Source: Clostridia bacterium (GTDB lineage: Bacteria > Bacillota > Clostridia > RGIG6154). From it: DNA of 64,000 nt. Shown piece by piece: positions 30,674-40,130 of the stretch (its first letter is position 1; every line of letters starts with the position of its first letter). A model generated the notes under the pieces. That model was not told where the DNA came from, did no database searches, and saw only the letters and a program-made list of their open reading frames with translations. Both the position numbers and the translations under genes were made by a program. The stretch is taken from NCBI GenBank assembly GCA_045605445.1, contig JAZUPZ010000021.1:31288-95287 (forward strand). Reading direction: 5' to 3'.

Positions 30674-31828
30674 ATGACTGAAAGATTGTATGATGAAAAT
30701 TCATATCTTAAAAAGTTTTCTGCACAGGTTTTGTCCTGTGAAAAAAAAGATAAAGAGTATGTTGTTGTTTTAGACAAAACTGCTTTTTTCCCTGAAGAAG
30801 GTGGTCAATGTTGTGACAAGGGTAAAATTAACGGAATTGATGTGAATTATGTTGAAATTAAAGATAATATTATCTATCATATTATAAAAGAACCTTTAGA
30901 ACCGGGCACAACAATAAACGGAGAAATCGACTGGGAAATCAGATACAGAAATATGCAGAATCATACTGCAGAACATATTGTTTCGGGTATAGTGCACTCT
31001 CTTTACGGGTATGAAAACGTAGGTTTTCATCTGGGAGAAGTTGAGGTTACCGCTGATTATGACAGTGTTCTCAGCCGTGAAGAACTTGACAAAATTGAGT
31101 TAATGGCTAATAAGGCGGTTTATAAAAATGTTGAAATAAAAGCCTGGTATCCCGATGCTGATGAATTGTCAAAGGTTTCTTACAGAAGCAAGAAGGAAAT
31201 AAAAGAAGGATTACGCCTCGTTTCCGTCGAAGGATACGATTTGTGCGCATGTTGCGCGCCTCACGTTAAAAACAGCGGAGAAATTGGAATAATAAGGCTT
31301 GTTGGTTCCGAAAATCTCAGAGGAGGTTCAAGAGTCAGAATTCTTTGTTCTCTTGATGCTTTGGCTGATTATTCGCTGAAAAGCAGACAGACTCTTAATA
31401 TTTCAAATCTTTTGTGCGCAAAACAAAATGAAGTTGGTTCAGCTGTGTTAAGATTAAAAGAAGAAAACGAGGCATTAAAACAAAAAAATTCTTCGATTTC
31501 CAAAGCCCTTGCAAATATCAAAGCGGAAGCTGTTGAGGAAACAGAAGGAAATATAGTTATTAAAGATAATGAACTTGAATTTGACTACCTAAGAATCATA
31601 ATAAACAATTGTAAGAGCAAATGCAGAATTATTTGTATTATCAGCGGGAACGATACCGACGGATACAAATATATTATAGGCAGTGATAAAGTTCCTCTTC
31701 GTGAAAAAGCAAAGGAAATGAATGCGGCTTTGAACGGAAGAGGGGGAGGCAGCAATGAAATGATACAAGGTACATTTGCTGCAACAGAAAAAGAAATTTC
31801 AGAATATTTTAAAACAGACAAAGCTTAG
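30674..31828 (+). CDS. alanyl-tRNA editing protein (AlaX-like) with C-terminal DHHA1-like domain
   Basis: TAFFPEEGGQ, HTAEHIVSG, CACCAPH zinc site, NGRGGG. Confidence 0.88.
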   Translation: MTERLYDENSYLKKFSAQVLSCEKKDKEYVVVLDKTAFFPEEGGQCCDKGKINGIDVNYVEIKDNIIYHIIKEPLEPGTTINGEIDWEIRYRNMQNHTAEHIVSGIVHSLYGYENVGFHLGEVEVTADYDSVLSREELDKIELMANKAVYKNVEIKAWYPDADELSKVSYRSKKEIKEGLRLVSVEGYDLCACCAPHVKNSGEIGIIRLVGSENLRGGSRVRILCSLDALADYSLKSRQTLNISNLLCAKQNEVGSAVLRLKEENEALKQKNSSISKALANIKAEAVEETEGNIVIKDNELEFDYLRIIINNCKSKCRIICIISGNDTDGYKYIIGSDKVPLREKAKEMNAALNGRGGGSNEMIQGTFAATEKEISEYFKTDKA

Positions 31829-31843
31829 CTTTGTCTGTTTTTA
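31810..31843. terminator. bidirectional terminator overlapping the alaX stop
   Basis: AAAACAGACAAAGCT/AGCTTTGTCTGTTTT. Confidence 0.9.
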
Positions 31844-31910
31844 GGTTAAATAAGTTGAAAAAATAATTTCATATTATTTGAAGTTACGACAAAGATATTT
31901 GGCAAACTTC

Positions 31911-33371
31911 TTATTTACACACCCAGTTGGTTATATCAAAATAAATATTTGTAGGAGAAATGTCAAATTCTTTCTGCAGGTTATCTGAGGTTATAAGCAT
32001 ATTCTGTCTGAAGTATAAGCTTATAAAAGGGAGTGTATTAAGTAATGATTTCGTCAGTTCTGCAGCGTGTTCCGGTCTGTTCGGATATGAAGCATAATTT
32101 ACTTTACTGATGAGTTCGCTTATACTGTTATTGTTATAATTTAAAACGTTATCTTTATCTTTCAGTAAGAAGGAAAGGTCGTAGCTTTCGGGCATAAGTA
32201 TTTCCCCTATAAACATATCGTATTCCATATTGTTTATTCTGTCGGTATATGTTTTGAAATCTACGGTTGTTACTGAAATGTTCATTCCTGCTTCTGAAAG
32301 GGTTGCTGCAATATATTCTGCTACTTTTTGTTTGGAAGGTGTTTCGTTATTCACAAGAATCCTGTAATTTATGTCTGCCGGTGTAAGCTCAGACTTTTTC
32401 AGAAACTCTAAAGCTTTATCCTTGTTTTTCTTATAGTCAATTTTCTGAGTTGTATCATACATTGTTCCCGGTCTGTAGGGCGATGCGGTTTTTGTTGCAT
32501 GACCAACGAGCACCGTTGATGTGAGATCGTCTTTGTCTATTAAATATGCAATCGCTTTTTTAATATTTATATCGTTAAATTTTTCGTTATTAAAAGCAAG
32601 AAACGTGAAATAGTCGGAAGAGTATTCTTTTATCGTAATGTTCTTTTTTGAAGAAAATTGTGCAAGGTCATATATTTCGGTATTTACAACATCAAGCTCA
32701 TTGTTAAGAAAAGCACTGTTTTGCATTCTTTCTTTTCCGTAAAGTCTTACATTTATAGTTTTTATGTTAGTCTGAGTTACGGAGGTTTTGCTTGCTGTCA
32801 AAACCATTTTGTCAGTATTTCTTGATACAAAATTGTATGGCCCGCTTCCGATTTTTTCAGTTCCACCTTTAACAATGGGGAAGTCCAGGTAAGGAATTAC
32901 GCCCGAACCGCCTTTTTTTAATTTGAGAATAACTGAATGAGAACTGTTTTTATGATAACTATCAATGTAATCAAAAATCTGATAATACATATTTTTCTTG
33001 TGCTTTGACAAGGTGTTGAGCGATTCAATTACATCGTTTGCGGTAAGGGGAGTTCCGTCGCTGAATTTAACATCATTTCTTAAGTTTATTTCTAAAGTTC
33101 CGGAACCTGTGAAACGGTATGATCTTGCAACAACAGGTTCAACAGTCAGGTCTCCTTTGGTTTTGAACAGAGGAGAGTACATCATTGAAAGAATCTGAGC
33201 ATTGGTTTTATATGCTGTTGTCAGTGGGTTCATCGTATCCGGGGTATACATATAAGTGGTGATCTCACCGTGATAATTGTACTGCTCTTCATTTTCTTTA
33301 TTGTTTCTGCAACCGGTAAATAGAGACAGAATCAGAAGCAGACTTAATGCTATCGATATTATTTTTTTCAT
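31911..33371 (-). CDS. peptide/nickel ABC transporter substrate-binding lipoprotein (family 5)
   Basis: Lipobox LFTGC; LRNDVKFSDGTPLTANDV; GSGPY. Confidence 0.85.
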   Translation of the reverse strand: MKKIISIALSLLLILSLFTGCRNNKENEEQYNYHGEITTYMYTPDTMNPLTTAYKTNAQILSMMYSPLFKTKGDLTVEPVVARSYRFTGSGTLEINLRNDVKFSDGTPLTANDVIESLNTLSKHKKNMYYQIFDYIDSYHKNSSHSVILKLKKGGSGVIPYLDFPIVKGGTEKIGSGPYNFVSRNTDKMVLTASKTSVTQTNIKTINVRLYGKERMQNSAFLNNELDVVNTEIYDLAQFSSKKNITIKEYSSDYFTFLAFNNEKFNDINIKKAIAYLIDKDDLTSTVLVGHATKTASPYRPGTMYDTTQKIDYKKNKDKALEFLKKSELTPADINYRILVNNETPSKQKVAEYIAATLSEAGMNISVTTVDFKTYTDRINNMEYDMFIGEILMPESYDLSFLLKDKDNVLNYNNNSISELISKVNYASYPNRPEHAAELTKSLLNTLPFISLYFRQNMLITSDNLQKEFDISPTNIYFDITNWVCK

Positions 33372-34138
33372 TTTAAATTAACTCTTTCTATACTGATTGT
33401 TTTTCCGGTGTTTGTATCTATTTTAAGAACCACACCGTTAAATTGAGCAGGGGATTCCGAAATTTCAAATCTGTTTTGACCGTATTTTGCAAATCTATCG
33501 ACGATAATGTCTGTTTTTACTCCTAATATAGAATTTTTCGGTCCTGTCATACCTGCATCAGAAATGAAAGCTGTTCCTTGGGACAGAATCTGTTCATCGG
33601 CTGTCTGAACGTGAGTGTGAGTGCCGAGTACGGCGGCAACCCTTCCGTTCAAAAAGTGCGCCATAGCAGCTTTTTCGCTTGTCGCTTCGGCGTGGAAATC
33701 AACAATTATTGCATCACTTTCGGATTTGATTTTTTCAATTTCTCTGACGGCGGCGTCAAAAGGAGAGTCAACCGGATCGAGATAAATTCTGCCAAGAAGA
33801 TTTATTACGCCTATTCTTACCTGACCGTTGTCGAAAACATAGCTTCCGGTTCCAGGCATATAAGACGGATAGTTTGCAGGTCTTATGATGTAAGGGATTT
33901 CGTCAAAAAGTGAGTCTGTATTACGGTTGTAAGTGTGATTTCCCATAGTAAGAACATCAACGCCGCTTTCGTATAATTCGCGGGCAGTAGAAACCGTAGC
34001 GCCTTTCCCATGAGCTGAATTTTCAGCATTGGCAATACACATATCTGCACCGAATTGGCTTTTGATTTTTCTTAAATTCTGTGATATATACTCTCTGCCG
34101 GGTTTTCCGACTACATCTCCGATAAATAAAATTGTCAT
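33368..34138 (-). CDS. ymdB: TIGR00282/YmdB metallophosphoesterase
   Basis: ILFIGDVVGKPGR, ANAEN, TMGNH, DFHAEATSEK, GTHTHVQTAD. Confidence 0.95.
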   Translation of the reverse strand: MTILFIGDVVGKPGREYISQNLRKIKSQFGADMCIANAENSAHGKGATVSTARELYESGVDVLTMGNHTYNRNTDSLFDEIPYIIRPANYPSYMPGTGSYVFDNGQVRIGVINLLGRIYLDPVDSPFDAAVREIEKIKSESDAIIVDFHAEATSEKAAMAHFLNGRVAAVLGTHTHVQTADEQILSQGTAFISDAGMTGPKNSILGVKTDIIVDRFAKYGQNRFEISESPAQFNGVVLKIDTNTGKTISIERVNLK

Positions 34139-34195
34139 AATTACATCCTTTCATAGAATAATTATAGCATATAATAAAAAAATTTCAATAATTAG

Positions 34196-34224
34196 TTGAC
34201 AAAATAAAAAAATAGTGTTAAAAT
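34196..34224 (+). promoter_or_regulatory. sigma-A promoter of the infC operon
   Basis: TTGACA-17-TAAAAT with TG. Confidence 0.85.
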
Positions 34225-34231
34225 ATCTTTA

Positions 34232-34330
34232 CAACAAAGCAGAATTTCATTCTCACCCTGCGCAATCGTTGAAGGGTTAATACTTTATAGTATGGTAGAG
34301 GACTGTTTTGTTGAGTTCTCTTTTTTTTAT
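34232..34330 (+). ncRNA. L20 leader with attenuator
   Basis: AAAGCAGAA...TTCTCACC start, ACCCT/AGGGT hairpin, AGAGGACT/AGTTCTCT terminator with long T run; upstream of infC-rpmI-rplT. Confidence 0.8.
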
Positions 34331-34350
34331 TTTTTCGGAGGTGTTTAGTT

Positions 34351-34866
34351 ATTAGCGGTAAACAAGATGTAATGTTAAATGAGGAAATCAGGGATAAGGA
34401 AGTCCGTGTGATTGGTTCTCAGGGCGAACAGCTTGGAATTATGTCATCGGCTGATGCTTTGAAAATGGCAATATCCCAGAATCTCGATTTGGTAAAGATT
34501 GCACCACGTGCAGTTCCACCGGTATGTAAGATAATGAATTACGGAAAATATCGTTTTGAACTCGCAAAAAGAGATAAAGAAGCGAAAAAGAATCAGTCCG
34601 TAACTAATATCAAGGAAATCAGACTTTCCCCGACTACCGATGAGCATGACCTTCAAACAAAAGCGAATCAGGCGATTAAATTTTTGGCTAAGAAGGACAA
34701 AATTAAAGTTACAGTCAGATTCAGAGGCAGAGAGGTTGCTTATGCTAAAGCGGGAGAAGCAGTACTCGATAAGTTTGCCCAGGCAATAGCAGAACACGGT
34801 ACAGTAGAAAAAAAATCTAAACTTGAAGGCAGAAATATGTTTATGTTTATTTCGCCGAAAAACTAA
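34351..34866 (+). CDS. infC: translation initiation factor IF-3 (ATT start)
   Basis: GGAGGTG RBS then in-frame ATT at 34351; NEEIRDKEVRVI, PPVCKIMNYGK. Confidence 0.97.
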   Translation: MSGKQDVMLNEEIRDKEVRVIGSQGEQLGIMSSADALKMAISQNLDLVKIAPRAVPPVCKIMNYGKYRFELAKRDKEAKKNQSVTNIKEIRLSPTTDEHDLQTKANQAIKFLAKKDKIKVTVRFRGREVAYAKAGEAVLDKFAQAIAEHGTVEKKSKLEGRNMFMFISPKN

Positions 34867-34890
34867 TTAATAATTGGAAGGAGATAAAAA

Positions 34891-35088
34891 ATGCCTAAAT
34901 TAAAAACCCACAGAGCTGCAGCAAAAAGATTCAGCTTAACAAAAAACGGTAAGGTAAAAAGAGGTAGCGCTTACAGAAGCCATATCTTGACTAAGAAGAC
35001 AACAAAGAGAAAAAGAGGCTTAAGAAAAATGGCTTATGCTTCACCAGCTAATGCAAAAGTTATCAAAAAGTTAATTCCTTACAAATAA
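34891..35088 (+). CDS. rpmI: 50S ribosomal protein L35
   Basis: [14 protein letters not shown]. Confidence 0.98.
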   Translation: MPKLKTHRAAAKRFSLTKNGKVKRGSAYRSHILTKKTTKRKRGLRKMAYASPANAKVIKKLIPYK

Positions 35089-35116
35089 TTTAGAGAAAAA
35101 ACAGGAGGTAAGATAA

Positions 35117-35470
35117 ATGGCTCGTATTAAAGGCGCTGTTACAACAAGAAAACGTCATAAGAAAATATTAAAACTTGCTAAAGGATACAGAGGTGCGAAA
35201 AGCAAACAGTTCAGAACTGCAAATGAAGCAGTTATGAAGTCTCTTGTATATGCTTATATTGGAAGAAAACAGAAGAAGAGAAACTTCAGACAGCTTTGGA
35301 TTACAAGAATCAATGCTGCTGCAAGAGCTAATGATATTTCATATTCAAAATTTATGAACGGTTTGAAAAAAGCAAATATCACTCTTAACAGAAAAGTTCT
35401 CGCTGATATTGCTGTTTCTGATCCTGCTGCATTTACAGCACTTGTTGAAAAAGCAAAAGAAAATCTTTAA
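35117..35470 (+). CDS. rplT: 50S ribosomal protein L20
   Basis: [26 protein letters not shown]. Confidence 0.99.
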   Translation: MARIKGAVTTRKRHKKILKLAKGYRGAKSKQFRTANEAVMKSLVYAYIGRKQKKRNFRQLWITRINAAARANDISYSKFMNGLKKANITLNRKVLADIAVSDPAAFTALVEKAKENL

Positions 35471-35480
35471 TTGACAAATT

Positions 35481-35506
35481 AAGTCCGGTAAAAACCGGAC
35501 TTTTTG
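35481..35506 (+). terminator. terminator after rplT
   Basis: AAGTCCGGT/ACCGGACTT plus T run. Confidence 0.9.
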
Positions 35507-35535
35507 TTTACAAAAAAATGCTAATATGGTAAAAT
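35507..35535 (+). promoter_or_regulatory. sigma-A promoter, extended -10, upstream of a small ORF
   Basis: TTTACA-17-TAAAAT with TG. Confidence 0.65.
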
Positions 35536-35550
35536 GGATTCAGGGTGATA

Positions 35551-35619
35551 ATGCGAAAAAGGGTTTTGTTAGAGTATGCACTTTTTAGTGTTTTTGCCAA
35601 GCTTTTTAACCGCCTTTGA
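35551..35619 (+). CDS. candidate 22-aa amphipathic peptide
   Basis: AGGGTGA RBS; MRKRVLLEYALFSVFAKLFNRL*. Confidence 0.35.
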   Translation: MRKRVLLEYALFSVFAKLFNRL

Positions 35620-35759
35620 TGTAGTAAAAATATGATTTATCCTGAGATTTTCCTAAATGGAATGAAGCGGGGGGCAACCGGATTTTTTACTATAATGCGA
35701 TAAGTATAAAAATAACTGTATAAATTTTCATAAAAATTATCCAATATTTTAAAAAATAC

Positions 35760-35788
35760 TTGTCTTTTTTGATTGGATTATATATAAT
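35760..35788 (+). promoter_or_regulatory. sigma-A promoter of the uxaBAC operon
   Basis: TTGTCT-17-TATAAT. Confidence 0.6.
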
Positions 35789-35829
35789 ATAATAAAAGTA
35801 AAATGAAGTTACTAAAAGGAGTCAGTAGT

Positions 35830-37128
35830 ATGAATTATGAAAAAAAAGTAAGACCGGACAAAATCATTCAGTTCGGCGAAGGTGGTTTTTTAAGAGGATT
35901 TGTTGATTGGATTTTCCAGATCGCAAATGACAAAGGTATTTTTAACGGAAATGCCGTTGTTGTTCAGCCTATTGAAAAAGGTATGTGCGATATGCTTTCT
36001 GAACAGAATTGTGTTTATACCCACATTACCAGAGGTTTGAGCAACGGGGAAGCGGTTGTTGATAAAAAAATAATCGATATGATTTCAAGGTGCGTTAAGC
36101 CTTATGAGAATTACGAAGAATATTTAAAGCTTGCTGAAAATCCTGATTTCAGATTTATTGTTTCCAATACAACCGAATCGGGAATTGTATACAGAAAAGA
36201 GGACAAGCTTGAAGATGCACCGGCTGTTTCTTTCCCGGCAAAACTTACCGCTCTCCTTAATAAAAGATACAATCTCGGTCTTAAAGGCTTTATTTTTCTT
36301 CCATGCGAACTCATCAATAAGAATGGTGAAACACTTAAAAGCATTATTCTCAAGTATGCTGATGATTGGAATCTTGGAGAAGGTTTCAAAGCATGGATTG
36401 AAAATGATAATATTTTCTGCAACACGTTGGTTGACAGAATAAATACAGGTTATCCCAAGGACGAAGATCTTCAGCTTGGATACGAAGATAATATGGTTAA
36501 CACAAGCGAACTTTTCCATTTGTGGGTAATTGAAGGTCCAAAATGTATTTTAGATGAAGTTCCTTTTGATAAGGCAGGACTTAATATTATAGTAACAGAC
36601 AATCTTGAAATGTACAGAACCAGAAAGGTAAGAATCCTTAACGGCGCTCACACTTCAATGATTCCATATGCAATGCTTTCCGGTCTTGAAACTGTTAAAG
36701 ACTGTATGGACGACGAAAATATGAGTGCATTTGTAAAATCCTGTGTATTTGATGAAATTATTCCTACACTTGATTTACCCGAAGAAGAACTTGTTCAGTA
36801 TGCTAATGATGTTTTTGAAAGATTTAATAATCCTTTTATAAAACACTATTGTTCTGCAATTTCTCTTAACTCAGTAAGTAAATTTAAAGTAAGAGTATTG
36901 CCTTCGTTGCTTGAATACATAAAGAGAACAAATAAGATGCCTGAAAAGTTAATTTTCTCGCTTTATAATCTTATTAAATTCTACAAAACTGATATGCCAC
37001 AGGATGATCAGGCAATTATAGATTTTATGCATAATAACGATATAAAGGCAATTCTTGCAAATACAGAATTCTGGGGTGAAGATCTTTCATTCCTTTACGA
37101 TGAGGTTGTAAAATATGAAAATAAATAA
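35830..37128 (+). CDS. uxaB: tagaturonate reductase
   Basis: IIQFGEGGFLRGFVD, SNTTESGI, LPCELI, NTLVDRI, KVRILNGAHT. Confidence 0.95.
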   Translation: MNYEKKVRPDKIIQFGEGGFLRGFVDWIFQIANDKGIFNGNAVVVQPIEKGMCDMLSEQNCVYTHITRGLSNGEAVVDKKIIDMISRCVKPYENYEEYLKLAENPDFRFIVSNTTESGIVYRKEDKLEDAPAVSFPAKLTALLNKRYNLGLKGFIFLPCELINKNGETLKSIILKYADDWNLGEGFKAWIENDNIFCNTLVDRINTGYPKDEDLQLGYEDNMVNTSELFHLWVIEGPKCILDEVPFDKAGLNIIVTDNLEMYRTRKVRILNGAHTSMIPYAMLSGLETVKDCMDDENMSAFVKSCVFDEIIPTLDLPEEELVQYANDVFERFNNPFIKHYCSAISLNSVSKFKVRVLPSLLEYIKRTNKMPEKLIFSLYNLIKFYKTDMPQDDQAIIDFMHNNDIKAILANTEFWGEDLSFLYDEVVKYENK

Positions 37129-38494
37129 TCTTGACAATGTAGATATAGATTTAAAATCAGGACACAAATATGCTGATTGTGATATAAAAAAAGGTGAAAA
37201 CATTATAAAATACGGTTTCCCTATAGGTCACGCTACCGAGGACATTAAAAAGGGCGAACACGTTCATACTCATAATATTAAAACCAACCTTAAGGGCACA
37301 TTGGAATATACATATACCCCTGTAAATGCCCAGAAAAAGATTGTAAATGAAACTAAAACATTTATGGGCTATGTAAGAGGCAACGGAGATGTTGGTATCA
37401 GAAATGAAATCTGGATTGTGAATACCGTTGGCTGTGTAAATAAAATTGCACAGAAACTGGCTGAAAAATGCGGAGTTAAATATTTCCCACATCCGTTCGG
37501 ATGTTCTCAACTTGGTGATGATCAGGAACTTACACAGAAAATTCTTAAGGGAATGGTAAATCATCCGAATGCTGCCGGTGTGCTTGTACTCGGACTTGGC
37601 TGTGAAAACAATAATATTCCTCTGTTCAAGGAATTTCTTGGCGAATACGATGAAAATAGGGTTAAATTTCTTAATGTTCAGGATTTTGAGGATGAAATCG
37701 AGGAAGGCGTAAAACTTATAAACGAACTTAAAAAATATGCTTCAAAATTTGAAAGAGTGGAGCTTCCCGTAAGTAAGCTTAAAGTTGGGCTTAAATGTGG
37801 CGGAAGTGACGGTTACAGCGGAATTACTGCAAATCCTTTGGTTGGAAGTATGTCTGACAAGCTGATTGGCCTTGGCGGAAGCACAATTCTTACCGAGGTT
37901 CCTGAAATGTTCGGAGCAGAGCATCTTCTTATGCAGAGATGTGAAAATGAAGAAATTTTTAATAAAACAGTAGATCTTATAAATGATTTTAAGGATTATT
38001 ATATCCGCCATAACCAGGTTGTATACGAAAATCCTTCCCCGGGAAATAAGGCGGGAGGAATAACAACTCTTGAAGAAAAATCTTTGGGTTGTGTACAAAA
38101 AGGCGGTTTTTCTCCTGTTGTTGATGTTCTCGATTACGGTGATGTTTTAACTAAAAACGGACTTTCTCTTTTAAACGGTCCCGGAAATGATATTGTTGCT
38201 ATAACGAATCTTATGGCGGCAGGAGTACACGTTATCCTATTTACAACCGGAAGAGGAACTCCACTTGGTGGTGCAGTGCCAACAGTTAAAATTGCCACAA
38301 ATTCAAAACTTGCTGAAAAGAAGAAAAATTGGATTGATTTCGATGCAAGTCCACTTCTTGATGGAGTTACAATGGATGAACTTACAGACGACTTGCTTGA
38401 CTTTGTAATTGAAATTGCAAATGGCAAAGAGACCAAAAACGAGATTAACGGATATTCTGAAATTTCAATATTTAAGGATGGTGTTACATTATGA
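37115..38494 (+). CDS. uxaA: altronate dehydratase
   Basis: SAF domain HVHTHN; HPFGCSQLGDD, KCGGSDG, NPSPGNKAGG. Confidence 0.95.
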   Translation: MKINNLDNVDIDLKSGHKYADCDIKKGENIIKYGFPIGHATEDIKKGEHVHTHNIKTNLKGTLEYTYTPVNAQKKIVNETKTFMGYVRGNGDVGIRNEIWIVNTVGCVNKIAQKLAEKCGVKYFPHPFGCSQLGDDQELTQKILKGMVNHPNAAGVLVLGLGCENNNIPLFKEFLGEYDENRVKFLNVQDFEDEIEEGVKLINELKKYASKFERVELPVSKLKVGLKCGGSDGYSGITANPLVGSMSDKLIGLGGSTILTEVPEMFGAEHLLMQRCENEEIFNKTVDLINDFKDYYIRHNQVVYENPSPGNKAGGITTLEEKSLGCVQKGGFSPVVDVLDYGDVLTKNGLSLLNGPGNDIVAITNLMAAGVHVILFTTGRGTPLGGAVPTVKIATNSKLAEKKKNWIDFDASPLLDGVTMDELTDDLLDFVIEIANGKETKNEINGYSEISIFKDGVTL

Positions 38495-39855
38495 GTTTTA
38501 TAAACGAAAAATTTATGCTTAAAACAAAAAAAGCACAGGAATTGTATGAATTTGCAAAAGATATGCCTATAATTGACTATCATTGTCATATCAGCCCCCA
38601 AATGATTGCTGAAGATTATAAGTTTAAAAATGCTTTTGAACTTTTCCTGGGTGGTGATCACTATAAGTGGAGACAGATCAGAACAATGGGGTTTGACGAA
38701 GAGCAGATTACAGGCTCAAAAAGCGATTATGAAAAATTTGAAGCATGGGCTGCTACTGTTCCATATTTAATCGGTAATCCGCTTTATCACTGGACTCATT
38801 ATGAGCTAAAAAAATATTTTGATATTGACGAAACTCTTTCTCCTGAAACCTGTAAGACGATTTGGGACAAGTGTAATGAACTTCTTCAGAAAGATGAATT
38901 CAGCGTAAAGAATATTATAAGAAAATCAAATGTTGAAGTTATCTGCACAACAGACGATCCAATGGACTCCCTTGAATGGCATAAAAAAATCAGAGAAGAT
39001 GGTTTTGAAGTTAAAGTACTTCCTGCTTTCAGACCAGACAAAGCAGTTGAAATCGGTAAGGATACATTTATTCCGTATATGGAACTTATGGGAGCTGAAA
39101 CGTATGGTGATGTTCTTAGAATTCTTAGCGAAAAAATAGCATTCTTCCACGAAAATGGATGTCGTGTTTCAGACCATGCTCTTGAATATGTTCCATTTGC
39201 TCTTGGTGATGCTGAAGCTGTTTTTAACAAGAAAATGAATGGCGAGTCACTTACTAAAGAAGAAATAGATATTTATAAAACAGCAGTGCTTAAACACTGT
39301 GCTGCTGAATATGTTAAACTTGACTGGGCTATGCAGCTTCATATTGGAGCACTTCGTGACAATAATACCAGAATGTATAAAAAACTCGGACCTGATACCG
39401 GTTTTGATTCTGCGAATGACCTTTGCATAGCTGAAAGTCTTGCAAAATTCCTTGACAATCTGGAAATTGACGACGGACTTCCAAAAACTATTCTGTATAC
39501 TCTTAATGCAAAAGATAACATTACCCTTGGAACTATTCTCGGAAACTTCCAGAAAGGTCCTATGATGGGCAAGATTCAGTTTGGTTCAGCTTGGTGGTTC
39601 AATGATCACAGAGATGGTATGGAAGAACAACTTAAAGCTCTTGCAAACCTTGGAACTCTCGGAACTTTCATCGGTATGCTTACAGACTCAAGAAGTTTTG
39701 TTTCTTACGGAAGACACGACTATTTCAGAAGAATACTCTGTAACCTTATCGGCAAATGGGTTGATGAAGGGGAATATCCTGATGATGAAAAAATGCTTAA
39801 GAAAATCATTCAGGGAATAAGCTACTATAATGCAAAAGAATATTTTAAATTCTGA
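38491..39855 (+). CDS. uxaC: uronate (glucuronate) isomerase
   Basis: PIIDYHCH, DHYKWR, MQLHIG, AWWFNDH, LTDSRSF. Confidence 0.97.
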   Translation: MSFINEKFMLKTKKAQELYEFAKDMPIIDYHCHISPQMIAEDYKFKNAFELFLGGDHYKWRQIRTMGFDEEQITGSKSDYEKFEAWAATVPYLIGNPLYHWTHYELKKYFDIDETLSPETCKTIWDKCNELLQKDEFSVKNIIRKSNVEVICTTDDPMDSLEWHKKIREDGFEVKVLPAFRPDKAVEIGKDTFIPYMELMGAETYGDVLRILSEKIAFFHENGCRVSDHALEYVPFALGDAEAVFNKKMNGESLTKEEIDIYKTAVLKHCAAEYVKLDWAMQLHIGALRDNNTRMYKKLGPDTGFDSANDLCIAESLAKFLDNLEIDDGLPKTILYTLNAKDNITLGTILGNFQKGPMMGKIQFGSAWWFNDHRDGMEEQLKALANLGTLGTFIGMLTDSRSFVSYGRHDYFRRILCNLIGKWVDEGEYPDDEKMLKKIIQGISYYNAKEYFKF

Positions 39856-39861
39856 TATGAA

Positions 39862-39888
39862 AAGGACGCTCTTAAGGAGCGTCCTTTT
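39862..39888. repeat. left 27-bp direct repeat (intact bidirectional terminator hairpin)
   Basis: AAGGACGCTCTTAAGGAGCGTCCTTTT; 24/27 identical to 40131-40157. Confidence 0.9.
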
Positions 39889-40130
39889 CAGACCATCGAA
39901 AAAGTCGTTCTGTCGCAAAAGAAAATTTCAAAACGTAAGGTTTGGTAATTTTCAACTAACAGAAAACGAATGTTTAAAACAGAGCCTTTTCTTTTAAGAA
40001 ATGGCTCTGTTTTTTGCTTTACGCGAAAATGAGACTTGTCGTACCACCGTACTGTCTGCATCCATTTTCGCGTAATATAACTTCCTTTTTCGTAGTCTGA
40101 CAGAGTGTCGATAAAGCTATCGACACTCTG
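39889..40130. mobile_element. 242-bp non-autonomous MITE-like insert or remnant
   Basis: Imperfect TIRs CAGACCATCGAAAAAG (39889) and revcomp CAGACTACGAAAAAG (ends 40099); internal 11- and 13-bp inverted repeats; terminal palindrome of TIR-like arms; flanked by 27-bp direct repeats. Confidence 0.65.

Noticed and set aside
35611-35622. CTT TGA at the end of the 22-aa sORF as a second frameshift site
   Set aside because: No upstream SD-like element, and the +1 frame stops after 5 codons
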